Assembly (NCBI GenBank): GCA_039714435.1
Contig: JBDLJJ010000001.1
Location: 3,717 to 67,716, forward strand
DNA length: 64,000 bases
Source of the DNA: Gemmatimonadota bacterium
Lineage (GTDB): Bacteria > Gemmatimonadota > Gemmatimonadetes > Palauibacterales > Palauibacteraceae
Direction of reading: 5' to 3'
Of this stretch, positions 25,360 through 35,420 are shown piece by piece (position 1 is the first letter of the stretch; each line of letters opens with the position of its first letter). The notes beneath the pieces are model-generated. The model was given only the letters and a program-made list of their open reading frames with translations, was not told where the DNA came from and did no database searches. The position numbers were made by a program, and so were the translations under genes.

Positions 25360-26066
25360 GATTCGGGATCGTCCGCTTTCCAGGCTCCAACTGCGATTTC
25401 GACTGTGAGCGCGCGGTTCGGGACGGGATCGGACAGGAGCCGGTGGTTCTGTGGCACAAGGAAGAGTCACTCCTCGGCGCCGACGTGGTCCTGCTGCCGG
25501 GCGGATTCTCGTACGGTGACCACCTGCGCGCCGGAGCTATCGCCCGCTTCAGCCCGATTATGAAAGCGGTACGCGCCTTCGCCGCCGAGGGCGGGCCAGT
25601 GCTCGGCATCTGCAACGGGTTTCAGATCCTTTGTGAAGCTCACCTTCTCCCCGGCGCGCTGATTCGCAACCGCGGCCTTCGCTTTCGCTGCCACCCGGTT
25701 CATGTGCGTGTAGAAAGCACTGCGACTCCTTTCACGGGCGAGTATGACGCGGGCCAGATCCTGCGCCTTCCGATCGCGCACGGGGAAGGACAATACGTAG
25801 CTGACGAGAACACGCTGGACGAACTGGAACGAGACGGCAGGGTCATCTTTCGATACGTGAACCCGGCGGGCGAAACTACGGAAGAGGCGAACCCCAACGG
25901 GTCCGCACGCAGCATAGCCGGAGTGTGTAATGCGGAGCGCAATGTCGTCGGGCTCATGCCGCACCCCGAAAGGGCGATCAGCGCGATGATCGGCTCGGAA
26001 GACGGGCTTGGGGTGTTCCGGTCTGCTGTCGCGGCACTTACGTCGCTCCAGGGAGCGACCGCGTGA
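25356..26066 (+). CDS. purQ: FGAM synthase glutaminase subunit PurQ.
   Basis: 236 aa with [14 protein letters not shown], a class I GATase with GICNGFQIL (Cys) and MPHPER. Confidence 0.9.
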   Translation: MRFGIVRFPGSNCDFDCERAVRDGIGQEPVVLWHKEESLLGADVVLLPGGFSYGDHLRAGAIARFSPIMKAVRAFAAEGGPVLGICNGFQILCEAHLLPGALIRNRGLRFRCHPVHVRVESTATPFTGEYDAGQILRLPIAHGEGQYVADENTLDELERDGRVIFRYVNPAGETTEEANPNGSARSIAGVCNAERNVVGLMPHPERAISAMIGSEDGLGVFRSAVAALTSLQGATA

Positions 26067-28405
26067 CGCCGCTCGAGTCCGATCTCATGACTTCGCCGGA
26101 AGCGATCTCGCCGCCGGACGCCGGGGAATCGAGCCGCCCGGCGCCGGAGCGTGATGATTTGCTCAGCCTGGCCATCCGGCACGGGCTGAGCGAACAGGAG
26201 TTCGACGCCATCCTGGAAATCCTCGGCCGCCTGCCGAGCCTGCCTGAGGTCGGGGTGTTCAGCGCCATGTGGTCAGAGCACTGCGGATACAAGAACTCCC
26301 GCCCCTTACTCAGGACGCTGCCCACGACGGGGGACCTGGTGGTCGAGGGCCCGGGCGAAAACGCCGGGGTAATCGACGCCGGCGACGGGTGGGGTGTGGC
26401 GTTCAAAATCGAGTCTCACAACCACCCCTCCGCGGTCGAGCCCTACCAGGGAGCCGCTACCGGAGTAGGCGGAATCCTGCGCGACGTGTTCACGATGGGC
26501 GCCCGGCCTATCGCCGTGCTGAACAGTCTTCGCTTCGGTTCGCTCGACTCGGCGCGGTCGCGCTTCCTGCTCGACGGGGTGGTCCGGGGGATCGGTGATT
26601 ACGGCAACTGCGTCGGGATTCCGACCGTCGGCGGGGAAACGGTCTTCGACCCGGCTTACGAACAGAATCCGCTCGTCAACGCCATGTGCATCGGCGTGGT
26701 GCGCCTCGATTCACTGGCCCGGGGCCGGGCGGACGGAGTCGGCAACCCGGTCATGGCGGTCGGGGCCAGAACCGGCCGCGACGGCATACACGGGGCGACG
26801 TTCGCCTCCGCCGAGCTGGACGAGTCGAGCCACGAGAGCCGCCCACAGGTACAGGTCGGAGACCCGTTCACCGAGAAATTGCTCCTCGAGGCCAGCCTGG
26901 AGCTCATTGAGAGAGATCTTCTGGTCGGCATCCAGGACATGGGCGCCGCGGGCCTCACGTCCAGTGCGGCGGAGATGGCCTCCAGATCCGGCTCCGGCAT
27001 CGACATCGATGTGGGTCTCGTACCTGTCCGGGAGCCGGATATGACCCCGTACGAGATCCTTCTCTCCGAGTCGCAGGAGAGAATGCTCCTGGTTACGCGT
27101 CCCGAGCGCGTGGCCGACGTCCGGGAGGTGCTCGAGCGCTGGGACCTGCAGGCCGCGACTATCGGGTCCGTGACAGACGACGGAATCTTCCGGGTGCGTG
27201 AAAACGGCCAGGTGGTGGCCGAGATTCCGGTCGCGCCGCTCGTGGACGGCTGCCCGACCTACACGCGCGAGGCAGTGGAGTCTCCCGAAATCATACGGCT
27301 ACGGGAGCTGGACCTTACCGAAGTATCTGGCCTGAACGCTGATTCTGAGGCGGAGGAATCGCTGCTCAGCCTGCTCCGCTCGCCCACGATCGGATCCCGG
27401 CGCTGGATCTACGAACAGTACGACACATCGGTCCGGACGAACACGGTCGTCGGTCCCGGTTCTGACGCCGCCGTCCTGCGGCTGGAAGACACAGGCCGCG
27501 GAATCGCGGCCAGCGTAGACGGCAACGGACGATACGTGTGGCTGGAGCCCAGACGAGGGGCGGCGATCGCCGTGGCGGAGGCTGCCCGCAATGTGGCCTG
27601 CGCTGGGGCGCGGCCGGTGGCGGTCACCAATTGTCTCAATTTCGGCAACCCGTTGGGAGCGGCCGTCTACTACCAGCTGTCGGAGGCGGTGGCGGGGCTA
27701 GGCGAGGCCTGTGAGGCACTCGGCACGCCGGTTACCGGCGGCAACGTCTCACTGTACAACGAAACCCCCTCGGGTCCGATCTATCCGACGCCGGTAGTGG
27801 GAATGATCGGCCTGCTCTCTTCGCTCGATCGTGTGGTTCCCAGTGCTTTCCGCGAAACCGGCGACGTCGTCCTGCTGGTGGGCGATACGGCCGAGGAATT
27901 GGGTGGCTCCGAGTACCTGGCCGTGCGGCACGGGCTCGTGGCGGGCGCTCCGCCTGAGATCGATCTGGCGCAGGCGCGAAGGCTGGTAGACTTTCTGGTC
28001 CGTGCTGCCGAAGAGGGGCTGCTGCGCTCGGCGCACGACTGCTCGGACGGAGGGCTGGCGGTAGCTCTGGCCGAGTGCTCGATCGGATCCGCGGGATCCA
28101 CATCGGGGCCGCTGGGGCTGGACGCACAGTTCCATTCCGGCGTGGGAGCGGCCGCCGCTCTGTTCGGGGAGTCGCAGAACCGCGCCGTGCTGTCATGCAC
28201 GGCCGCCGAAGAGGCGCGCCTGTGCGAACTGGCGAGTGAGTTCGACCTTCCCATCCACACGCTTGGTGCAGTCGCCGCTCCGCACGGTAGGTTTCGCCTG
28301 GCGGCTGATAGTGTGAAAATCGATCTGGAGGTCGGCGTAATCCAGGAGGCCTTCGAGTCCGCGCTGCCTGCGCGGATGGAAAAAGAGGCAGGTTTGACGG
28401 CGTGA
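26063..28405 (+). CDS. purL: FGAM synthase II, large subunit PurL.
   Basis: 780 aa with AIR-synthase-related domains. It has a GTGA overlap with purQ. Confidence 0.9.
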   Translation: MTPLESDLMTSPEAISPPDAGESSRPAPERDDLLSLAIRHGLSEQEFDAILEILGRLPSLPEVGVFSAMWSEHCGYKNSRPLLRTLPTTGDLVVEGPGENAGVIDAGDGWGVAFKIESHNHPSAVEPYQGAATGVGGILRDVFTMGARPIAVLNSLRFGSLDSARSRFLLDGVVRGIGDYGNCVGIPTVGGETVFDPAYEQNPLVNAMCIGVVRLDSLARGRADGVGNPVMAVGARTGRDGIHGATFASAELDESSHESRPQVQVGDPFTEKLLLEASLELIERDLLVGIQDMGAAGLTSSAAEMASRSGSGIDIDVGLVPVREPDMTPYEILLSESQERMLLVTRPERVADVREVLERWDLQAATIGSVTDDGIFRVRENGQVVAEIPVAPLVDGCPTYTREAVESPEIIRLRELDLTEVSGLNADSEAEESLLSLLRSPTIGSRRWIYEQYDTSVRTNTVVGPGSDAAVLRLEDTGRGIAASVDGNGRYVWLEPRRGAAIAVAEAARNVACAGARPVAVTNCLNFGNPLGAAVYYQLSEAVAGLGEACEALGTPVTGGNVSLYNETPSGPIYPTPVVGMIGLLSSLDRVVPSAFRETGDVVLLVGDTAEELGGSEYLAVRHGLVAGAPPEIDLAQARRLVDFLVRAAEEGLLRSAHDCSDGGLAVALAECSIGSAGSTSGPLGLDAQFHSGVGAAAALFGESQNRAVLSCTAAEEARLCELASEFDLPIHTLGAVAAPHGRFRLAADSVKIDLEVGVIQEAFESALPARMEKEAGLTA

Positions 28406-29847
28406 ACGGCAGGCCAGGAATTCGGAGGCGGCTGCCCACGTGGCGTGACGACGACCGCCTGCGGGACGAATGCGGCGTAGTGGGCGTGAGCGGGGCCATG
28501 GGTGCAGCCGAGCTGGCCTTTCTCGGCCTCTACGCTCTTCAGCACCGGGGCCAGGAGTCGGCTGGAATCGTGGCCGTCGATGAGAAAGGCCGGGCCCGCG
28601 TGCAGCGGGGTATGGGCCTGGTCAACGACGCCTTCAGCGACGAAGAGCTGGGCAGCCTTGTCGGCACGACTTCCATAGGACACGTGAGATATTCAACGGC
28701 TGGATCCTCGGCGCTTCGCAACGCCCAGCCTGTGATGGTCAACTATCGGAACGGTCCGCTAGCCCTGGCCCACAACGGCAACCTGACGAACGCGGGCGAG
28801 CTGCGGGCCCGGCTCTCGGCCGAGGGCGCCATCTTCCAGACGGACAGTGACTCCGAGGTCATCATCCATCTGATCGCGCGCTCCCGCCGGCACACTCCGG
28901 ACCAGCAGGTGGACGACGCGCTGTCGCAGGTAGCCGGCGCATTCTCACTGGTGCTCAGCGTGGGCAACGTCCTGTACGCCATCCGCGACTCGCGTGGCTT
29001 CCGGCCCCTGGTTCTGGGACGGCTTGGTGAGGCCGCCGTCGTGGCGTCGGAGACCTGCGCTCTGGACATCGTGGGCGCGGAATACGTGAGAGACATCGAG
29101 GCGGGCGAGGTTGTCCGAATCGAGAACGGGCGGGTCGAGTCTCTGCGTCCGCTGGAGCCCGCCGAGCCCTCTCCATGCCTGTTCGAGTTGGTCTATTTCG
29201 CCCGCCCCGATTCACGCCTGTGGGGCTGCAGCGTCGACAGCGCCCGCCGGGAATTCGGGCGGCGGCTGGCCCAGGAGCACCCGGTAGAAGCCGACTGCGT
29301 GTTCTCGGTGCCCGACTCGTCCAATTCGGCGGCGCTCGGGTACAGCGAGGAGTCCGGCGTCCCGTTCGAGCTGGCGCTGATCAGAAACCATTACGTGGGC
29401 CGAACGTTCATTCACCCGACGCAGGCCGACCGCGACTTCCAGGTTAGAATCAAGTATAATCCAGTACGGGAACTTATTCAGGACAAACGCGTTATCGTAG
29501 TCGATGACTCTCTAGTGAGAGGGACTACGAGCCGCGGCCTGGTTCAGCTTCTGCGCGACGCGGGCGCCAGTGAAATCCATCTCAGGGTGGCGTCACCCCC
29601 TATCATTTCGCCCTGCTACTACGGCATAGACATGCCTTCGCGGGACGAGCTTATCGGGAGCCGCCACAGCGTGGAGGAAATCCGCCACAAGCTGGGCGTG
29701 GAGTCACTCGGTTACCTGTCCCTGGAAGGCATGCTGTCGAGGGTCGAGGACTTCGGGCCCTTCTGTGACGCCTGCTGGACAGGCAACTACCCCGCCCCCC
29801 TACTGGACCTTCAGCACGGGGTTCCGCTCCACGAGGCGTCCCACTGA
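28402..29847 (+). CDS. purF: Amidophosphoribosyltransferase.
   Basis: 481 aa with an Ntn Cys in CGVVGV and a PRTase motif [14 protein letters not shown]. It has a GTGA overlap with purL. Confidence 0.9.
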   Translation: MNGRPGIRRRLPTWRDDDRLRDECGVVGVSGAMGAAELAFLGLYALQHRGQESAGIVAVDEKGRARVQRGMGLVNDAFSDEELGSLVGTTSIGHVRYSTAGSSALRNAQPVMVNYRNGPLALAHNGNLTNAGELRARLSAEGAIFQTDSDSEVIIHLIARSRRHTPDQQVDDALSQVAGAFSLVLSVGNVLYAIRDSRGFRPLVLGRLGEAAVVASETCALDIVGAEYVRDIEAGEVVRIENGRVESLRPLEPAEPSPCLFELVYFARPDSRLWGCSVDSARREFGRRLAQEHPVEADCVFSVPDSSNSAALGYSEESGVPFELALIRNHYVGRTFIHPTQADRDFQVRIKYNPVRELIQDKRVIVVDDSLVRGTTSRGLVQLLRDAGASEIHLRVASPPIISPCYYGIDMPSRDELIGSRHSVEEIRHKLGVESLGYLSLEGMLSRVEDFGPFCDACWTGNYPAPLLDLQHGVPLHEASH

Positions 29848-29872
29848 GGCACCCCCACGGAAAGCAATCAGC

Positions 29873-32533
29873 ATGAAACAGGCGTATTCCTTCGGCGATG
29901 GCCACGCTGACGGCCACCGGGGCCTAAAGGATCTTCTGGGTGGCAAGGGAGCCAATATCGCCGAGATGACCCGCCTCGGCGTGCCTGTTCCGCCTGGATT
30001 CACGATCACCACTGAAGTCTGCCGGCACCATCTGATCAGCTCGGAGCTTCCCGAGGGATTGCACGATGAGGTCGTGGGGGCCCTGCGGCAGGTAGAGGCG
30101 CTTACCGGCAAAACTTTCGGAAGCCCGGACGATCCTCTTCTGGTTTCGGTTCGCTCCGGCGCCGCCATTTCGATGCCGGGAATGATGGACACGATTCTCA
30201 ACTTGGGCCTGAATGACCAGACGGTGAAGGGGCTGGCGCGGGTGTCGGAGGATGAGCGCTTCGCGTACGACAGCTATCGCCGTTTCATTCAGATGTACGG
30301 TGTGGTCGTGCTCGGAGTGCCCCACTCCGGATTCGAATCCATCTTCTCGGACGAGAAGCAGAAGTCCGGCGCCGAAGAAGATCAGGACATCAGCGCCGCA
30401 CACTTGCGCCAGATTATCGAGCGCTACCGCGACCTTATCGTGCGGGAAGGCAGCGGTCCCTTTCCCGACAGCCCGGTAAAGCAGATCTGGGGAGCTATCG
30501 AGGCGGTGTTCCACAGTTGGCGTAATCCGCGGGCCCGCGCTTACCGCCGGGAATACGGCATCCCCCACGATCTGGGCACCGGGGTCACGGTGCAGGCGAT
30601 GGTATTCGGCAACCGGGGTCTGGGAAGCGGTACCGGAGTGGCCTTCACCCGCAACGCCGCCACCGGCGAGCCGGTCCTGTTCGGCGAGTTCCTCGTCAAC
30701 GCTCAGGGAGAGGACGTCGTGGCCGGTATCCGCCACCCGCTCTCGATCGATCAGATGCAGGACCATCTGCCCGAGGCCTATGAACAGCTCGTCGAAACAG
30801 CCGCCAGGCTCGAGCAGCACTACGGCGACATCCAGGATCTGGAGTTCACGGTCGAGGACGGGCGGCTTTTCCTTCTCCAGACGCGGACAGGAAAGCGTAC
30901 CGCGCAGGCCGCCGTGCGCATTGCCGTGGACATGGCCGACGAAGGGTTGATCGACCGCAGGGCGGCAGTCCTGAGAGTCACGCCCCAGAGAATCGAACAG
31001 GTCCTGCACTCTACCGTGGACCCGGAGGCCGAGTTCGAGTCGATGGCGGTCGGAATACCCGCCTCCCCTGGCGCCGCGAGCGGAGGGCTCGTCTTCACGT
31101 CCGAGGAAGCCATCACCGCAGCCGCGGAAGGAGAAGCGGTTATCCTCGTCCGCCGTGAGACGTCGCCGGACGACTTCGAGGGCATGGTCGCGGCCCAGGC
31201 GATCGTCACGACGCGGGGAGGAAAGGCGAGCCACGCGGCGGTCGTGGCGCGTGGGATGGGCAAGTGCTGCGTGGTGGGAACCCGCGACCTGCTCATCGAT
31301 GAAGCGGCGGGCGAGATTCGCAGCAACGGAGTCGTCGTTCGGCGCGGCGAACCGCTCACGGTAGACGGTTCTTCAGGCGAAATCATCGCGGGCACGATAC
31401 CGACCGTGAAGCCCGAACCGGGCGAGTATTTCAACACGATCATGGACTGGGCCGACGAGTACAGGGTCCTGTCCGTACGGGCCAACGCCGACACGCCCGA
31501 AGACGCGCTACGCGGCCGTCAGTTCGGGGCGGCGGGAATAGGCCTGTGCCGCACGGAGCACATGTTCGTGGGCGAACAGCGAATCGATGCGATCCGAATG
31601 ATGATCATGGCCCGGGACGACGAGTCTCGCAGCCGGGCGCTCGATCTGCTGCTGCCCATGCAAAGGAGTGATTTCGACGGGATCTTCCGGGCCATGGACG
31701 GGCTGCCCGTCACCATCCGGCTTCTCGACCCTCCCCTGCACGAGTTTCTTCCTGATGAGCCCGAGGAGCTGGAGCGCATGGCCCGGCTGCTGGAAGTCTC
31801 GCTCGAGGACGTGGCGCAGCGCGTGATCACGCTGGAGGAGGCTAATCCCATGCTCGGCCACAGGGGCTGCCGGCTGGGGTACTCGATTCCCGCCATTACC
31901 GAGATGCAGGCCAGAGCAATCTTCGAGGCCGCTGTCGCTGTGCAGCAGGACGGGGTGGCCGTTATTCCCGAAATCATGGTTCCACTTGTCTCCACGGCGG
32001 CCGAGTTGGCGCAGCAGGCCGAACTGGTGCACCGGGTGGCGGCTGAGGTGTTCGCAGCGGCCGGTACGCGCGTGTCCTACCTGGTCGGTACGATGATCGA
32101 GCTGCCTCGGGCCTGTTTGACGGCGGCCGAGATCGCGGAACCGGCTGATTTCTTTTCGTTTGGAACCAACGACCTCACCCAGACCACTTTCGGGCTCTCC
32201 CGCGATGACGCCGGGTCGTTCTTGCCACTATACCTGGAGAGCGGCGTGTTCGGCGCGGATCCGTTCCAGACGATAGACCGTGCTGGCGTGGGCCGCCTTA
32301 TGAGTATCGCCGTTACCGAAGGCAAGGCCAGGAAGGAGTCGCTGAAGATCGGAATCTGCGGCGAGCATGGAGGCGACCCCGACTCGGTAGACTTCTGTCA
32401 CGAGTTGGGCCTGGACTACGTGTCCTGCTCGCCCTTCCGAGTGCCGGTAGCCCGACTGGCGGCTGCCCACGCAGCGCTTGCCAGAGCGCCCGCTGACGCG
32501 CCCGCCGCAGCGCCCGCCGAAGGTGAGTCGTAG
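29873..32533 (+). CDS. ppdK: Pyruvate, phosphate dikinase.
   Basis: 887 aa from the ATG at 29873. It has a PEP-utilizing enzyme mobile domain with GGKASHAAVVARGMGKCCV (His) and a TIM-barrel PEP-binding C-terminus. Confidence 0.9.
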   Translation: MKQAYSFGDGHADGHRGLKDLLGGKGANIAEMTRLGVPVPPGFTITTEVCRHHLISSELPEGLHDEVVGALRQVEALTGKTFGSPDDPLLVSVRSGAAISMPGMMDTILNLGLNDQTVKGLARVSEDERFAYDSYRRFIQMYGVVVLGVPHSGFESIFSDEKQKSGAEEDQDISAAHLRQIIERYRDLIVREGSGPFPDSPVKQIWGAIEAVFHSWRNPRARAYRREYGIPHDLGTGVTVQAMVFGNRGLGSGTGVAFTRNAATGEPVLFGEFLVNAQGEDVVAGIRHPLSIDQMQDHLPEAYEQLVETAARLEQHYGDIQDLEFTVEDGRLFLLQTRTGKRTAQAAVRIAVDMADEGLIDRRAAVLRVTPQRIEQVLHSTVDPEAEFESMAVGIPASPGAASGGLVFTSEEAITAAAEGEAVILVRRETSPDDFEGMVAAQAIVTTRGGKASHAAVVARGMGKCCVVGTRDLLIDEAAGEIRSNGVVVRRGEPLTVDGSSGEIIAGTIPTVKPEPGEYFNTIMDWADEYRVLSVRANADTPEDALRGRQFGAAGIGLCRTEHMFVGEQRIDAIRMMIMARDDESRSRALDLLLPMQRSDFDGIFRAMDGLPVTIRLLDPPLHEFLPDEPEELERMARLLEVSLEDVAQRVITLEEANPMLGHRGCRLGYSIPAITEMQARAIFEAAVAVQQDGVAVIPEIMVPLVSTAAELAQQAELVHRVAAEVFAAAGTRVSYLVGTMIELPRACLTAAEIAEPADFFSFGTNDLTQTTFGLSRDDAGSFLPLYLESGVFGADPFQTIDRAGVGRLMSIAVTEGKARKESLKIGICGEHGGDPDSVDFCHELGLDYVSCSPFRVPVARLAAAHAALARAPADAPAAAPAEGES

Positions 32534-32580
32534 CGCCCTTCCGCAGTGGCTTCTGCCGGCTCCCAGCCCTATTATTCGGG

Positions 32581-34185
32581 ATGTTTAACCAAAAAACTCG
32601 CTCCGCGATTGTCCCGATTATTGCCCTCTCCCTGGCTGCCTGCGGGGGGCGTGGCTCTCAGGGCTCGAACACGAGCCCGCAGGCTGCCGCCACAGGACTG
32701 GTTTGCGCCACCGTTCTGTCCACAAACGACACACACGGCCAACTCGTGCCCCGCACCTTTCGCCGGATGGGTGAACGCGAAGTGGGAGGATCGGCCGTGC
32801 TGGGCGCCTATTTCGGAGCCATCCGGGACACGTCCAGCTGCCCGGTGTTCTTGTTCAGCGGCGGCGACATCATGCAGGGAACGCCGGTATCGAATCTCCT
32901 GGAGGGGGTGTCAACGATCGCCGCCTTCAACGAGCTGGACTACGACGCCGCCGCGCTCGGAAATCACGAATTCGACTGGGGCATCATCATTCTGCGCCAG
33001 CGCATGGAGCAGGCTGACTTCCCCATCCTGGGCGCCAACGTGTATGAACGCGCCACAGGCGAGCACCCGGAGTGGCTGAGTCCGACAGCCGTGGTCGAGC
33101 GACAGGGAGTGCGTATCGGCGTCGTGGGTCTGGCCACTCGCTCGACTCCGACTTCCACCCGTCCCTGGAACGTTTCGGAGCTGGAGTTTCGGCCTGTCTC
33201 GGAAGCGCTGAACGAGTACGTGCCGCAGCTCAGAGCTCAGGGCGTGCACTTCGTGGTGGCGACTATGCACGCGGGCGGGTTCTGCCGCAGCGATGAAGGC
33301 TGCGGCGGAGAAGCGTTCGATGAGGTGGGAGCAGCTGCTGAGCTGCCGGATTATGTCGTCACCGGCCACACCCATAGCCATCTCGAGCAATCGGTGCGGG
33401 GGGTCCCCATCATTCAGTCGCGATCCAGCACGGCTGCGTTTGGAGTCGGGCGCATGACGAGGACGGCTGGAGGTGAGATCTCGGCCCATATCGTTGACAT
33501 CGTGGACGCGTACGCCGATCAAGTGACACCTGACCCGGACCTGGTGGAGATAGTCGGGAACTACGTGGCGCAGGTGGCTGACATCTCAGAGCGGCTCATC
33601 GCGGCTGAAATCGCAGACGATCTTCCCCGCGTGAGCGGCGGCCAGGCCGGCTACCCGCTCGGACGCTTGATCGCGGACGCACAGCGGGGATCAGCCGGAA
33701 CGCAGATCGCCATCATGAACAACGGCGGGATTCGAACCGACCTGGCCGCGGGCCAGCCCACGTTCGGCGACCTGTTCAGCATCCAGCCGTTCGGCAACGT
33801 GCTCGTGAGGCTCACCGTAAGTGGGAGCGTCGTCCTGGCGGCGCTGGAGCACGCTCTGGAGGACGGAGATCCCGACGCTCACATCAGCGGTATCGTGGCG
33901 CGCTACGATCCTGCCGCTGGGCAGGGCTCCCGGGTGCTGTCCGCCGTTCTAACGGACGGACAAGAGGTAGTTACCAGCGGTAGCTATACGGTTGTGGTCA
34001 ACGACTTCATGGCCGGCGGTGGTAGCGGCTTCACCATGTTCGAGGACGCCGAGGAACTCAAGGTCACGGGTACGGCGGATCTGGATGCCCTCATCGCCTG
34101 GATCGAGGCAGCGGAGCAGCCGGTAGTTGGCCCGTCCGACCCACGCTGGGTGGCCGCGCCCGGCGGCTCGAATGGCTCGGATTGA
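32581..34185 (+). CDS. Lipoprotein 5'-nucleotidase / bifunctional metallophosphatase (UshA-like).
   Basis: 534 aa with a signal and lipobox LSLAACGG. It has calcineurin-like motifs (DTHGQ, GGDIMQG, GNHEFD) and a 5'-nucleotidase C-terminal domain. Confidence 0.8.
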   Translation: MFNQKTRSAIVPIIALSLAACGGRGSQGSNTSPQAAATGLVCATVLSTNDTHGQLVPRTFRRMGEREVGGSAVLGAYFGAIRDTSSCPVFLFSGGDIMQGTPVSNLLEGVSTIAAFNELDYDAAALGNHEFDWGIIILRQRMEQADFPILGANVYERATGEHPEWLSPTAVVERQGVRIGVVGLATRSTPTSTRPWNVSELEFRPVSEALNEYVPQLRAQGVHFVVATMHAGGFCRSDEGCGGEAFDEVGAAAELPDYVVTGHTHSHLEQSVRGVPIIQSRSSTAAFGVGRMTRTAGGEISAHIVDIVDAYADQVTPDPDLVEIVGNYVAQVADISERLIAAEIADDLPRVSGGQAGYPLGRLIADAQRGSAGTQIAIMNNGGIRTDLAAGQPTFGDLFSIQPFGNVLVRLTVSGSVVLAALEHALEDGDPDAHISGIVARYDPAAGQGSRVLSAVLTDGQEVVTSGSYTVVVNDFMAGGGSGFTMFEDAEELKVTGTADLDALIAWIEAAEQPVVGPSDPRWVAAPGGSNGSD

Positions 34186-34193
34186 GTCCCGGC

Positions 34194-35234
34194 ATGCAGC
34201 CTGATGAGCTGCGCCGCCTGATTCGAGAGGTTCCCAAGACAGAGCTTCACGTCCATCTGGACGGGTCTCTGCGCCCTGAGACAATCCAGGATCTGGCTGC
34301 GACCTACGGCGTCGAGCTTCCCTTCAGTGAGATCGACGAATTGGCCGACTACCTCCTCGTGCGGGACGCGGCGAACCTGGAGGACTACCTGGCACGGTTC
34401 GAAGTGACGCTGTCCGTAATGCAGCGCTCTGACGCCCTGGAGCAGATCGCCTACGAACTGTGCGAAGACGCGGCGGCGGAGAACGTACGCTACATGGAGA
34501 TCCGCTACTCTCCGATTCTGCATACCCGGAACGGCCTTCCTCTGCCCGAGACGGTGGACGCACCCCTGCGGGGCATCCGGGCCGCGGAAGAAAAACTGGG
34601 GATTCGCGCCGCCTTGATCATCTGCGGCATTCGGAACATGTCGGCGGACGCATCGCGGGACTTGGCGGACCTGGCCGTCGCCTACAAGGAGCGGGGCGTG
34701 GTGGGCTTCGACCTGGCCGGGGCCGAGTACAACTATCCGGCCAAGAAACACAAGAACGCGTTTTACACAGTGCGAAACGCTAATATCAGCGCCACGATTC
34801 ACGCCGGAGAAGCTTACGGACCCGAGTCCATCCATCAGGCCATCCACTACTGCGGGGCGCACCGAATAGGCCATGGCACGAGGCTGTTCGAGGATCCGGA
34901 TCTCATGCAGTACGTCAACGACCACCGGATTCCGCTGGAAATCTGCCTCACGAGTAACGTGCAGACGCGGGCCGTGGCGGATTTCGCGAGCCACCCGGTG
35001 CGGCAGTACTACGACGCCGGGCTCGTGGTCAGTCTCCATACTGACAACCGGCTCATGAGCGGCACGACGGTGACGGAAGAGTATGCCCGGGCCGTCGAGC
35101 ACCTGGACTTCGGGCTCGACGATGTGGCGCAGATGATCCTGAACGGCTTTCGTAGTTCTTTCCTGCATCAGGGTGAGAGATCCGAATTGCTGGAAGAGGT
35201 AGCCCCCGAAGTGCTTAGCCTGGCGGAGGCCTAG
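34194..35234 (+). CDS. add: Adenosine deaminase.
   Basis: It has KTELHVHLDGSL metal-binding His residues and an amidohydrolase fold. The ATG at 34194 is preferred over the track's TTG at 34182. Confidence 0.85.
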   Translation: MQPDELRRLIREVPKTELHVHLDGSLRPETIQDLAATYGVELPFSEIDELADYLLVRDAANLEDYLARFEVTLSVMQRSDALEQIAYELCEDAAAENVRYMEIRYSPILHTRNGLPLPETVDAPLRGIRAAEEKLGIRAALIICGIRNMSADASRDLADLAVAYKERGVVGFDLAGAEYNYPAKKHKNAFYTVRNANISATIHAGEAYGPESIHQAIHYCGAHRIGHGTRLFEDPDLMQYVNDHRIPLEICLTSNVQTRAVADFASHPVRQYYDAGLVVSLHTDNRLMSGTTVTEEYARAVEHLDFGLDDVAQMILNGFRSSFLHQGERSELLEEVAPEVLSLAEA

Positions 35235-35254
35235 GGCCGGATAGCGGGTACGCG

Positions 35255-35271
35255 AGAACCGACCCGGTTCT
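35255..35271 (+). terminator. Short perfect hairpin (AGAACCG-ACC-CGGTTCT) 20 nt after the add stop. It may be a terminator-like element without a U-tract.
   Basis: A 7-bp stem and 3-nt loop are read directly. There is no downstream T-run, so its function is uncertain. Confidence 0.25.
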
Positions 35272-35420
35272 AGTCAGGCGGTGACCCAGTCGTTACAATT
35301 ATGAGATGGCTGCGCTAAGTGCACTCGGCACGCTTCACCTGACTGCGGTGATCGTGACCGATGCGTGACGCGTGGTCCTCTAAATATGGAAGTCTAACCT
35401 AGAGAAAGCGGGTCAGATCC

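Noticed and set aside
35235-35420. A possible riboswitch (cobalamin, TPP or similar) upstream of the TonB-dependent receptor.
   Set aside because: The 186-nt leader is long and slightly AT-richer, with an AGTCAGG/CCTGACT pairing. I could not recognise any conserved riboswitch core (no B12 box, no TPP CUGAGA), so it is left as a plain promoter or leader.
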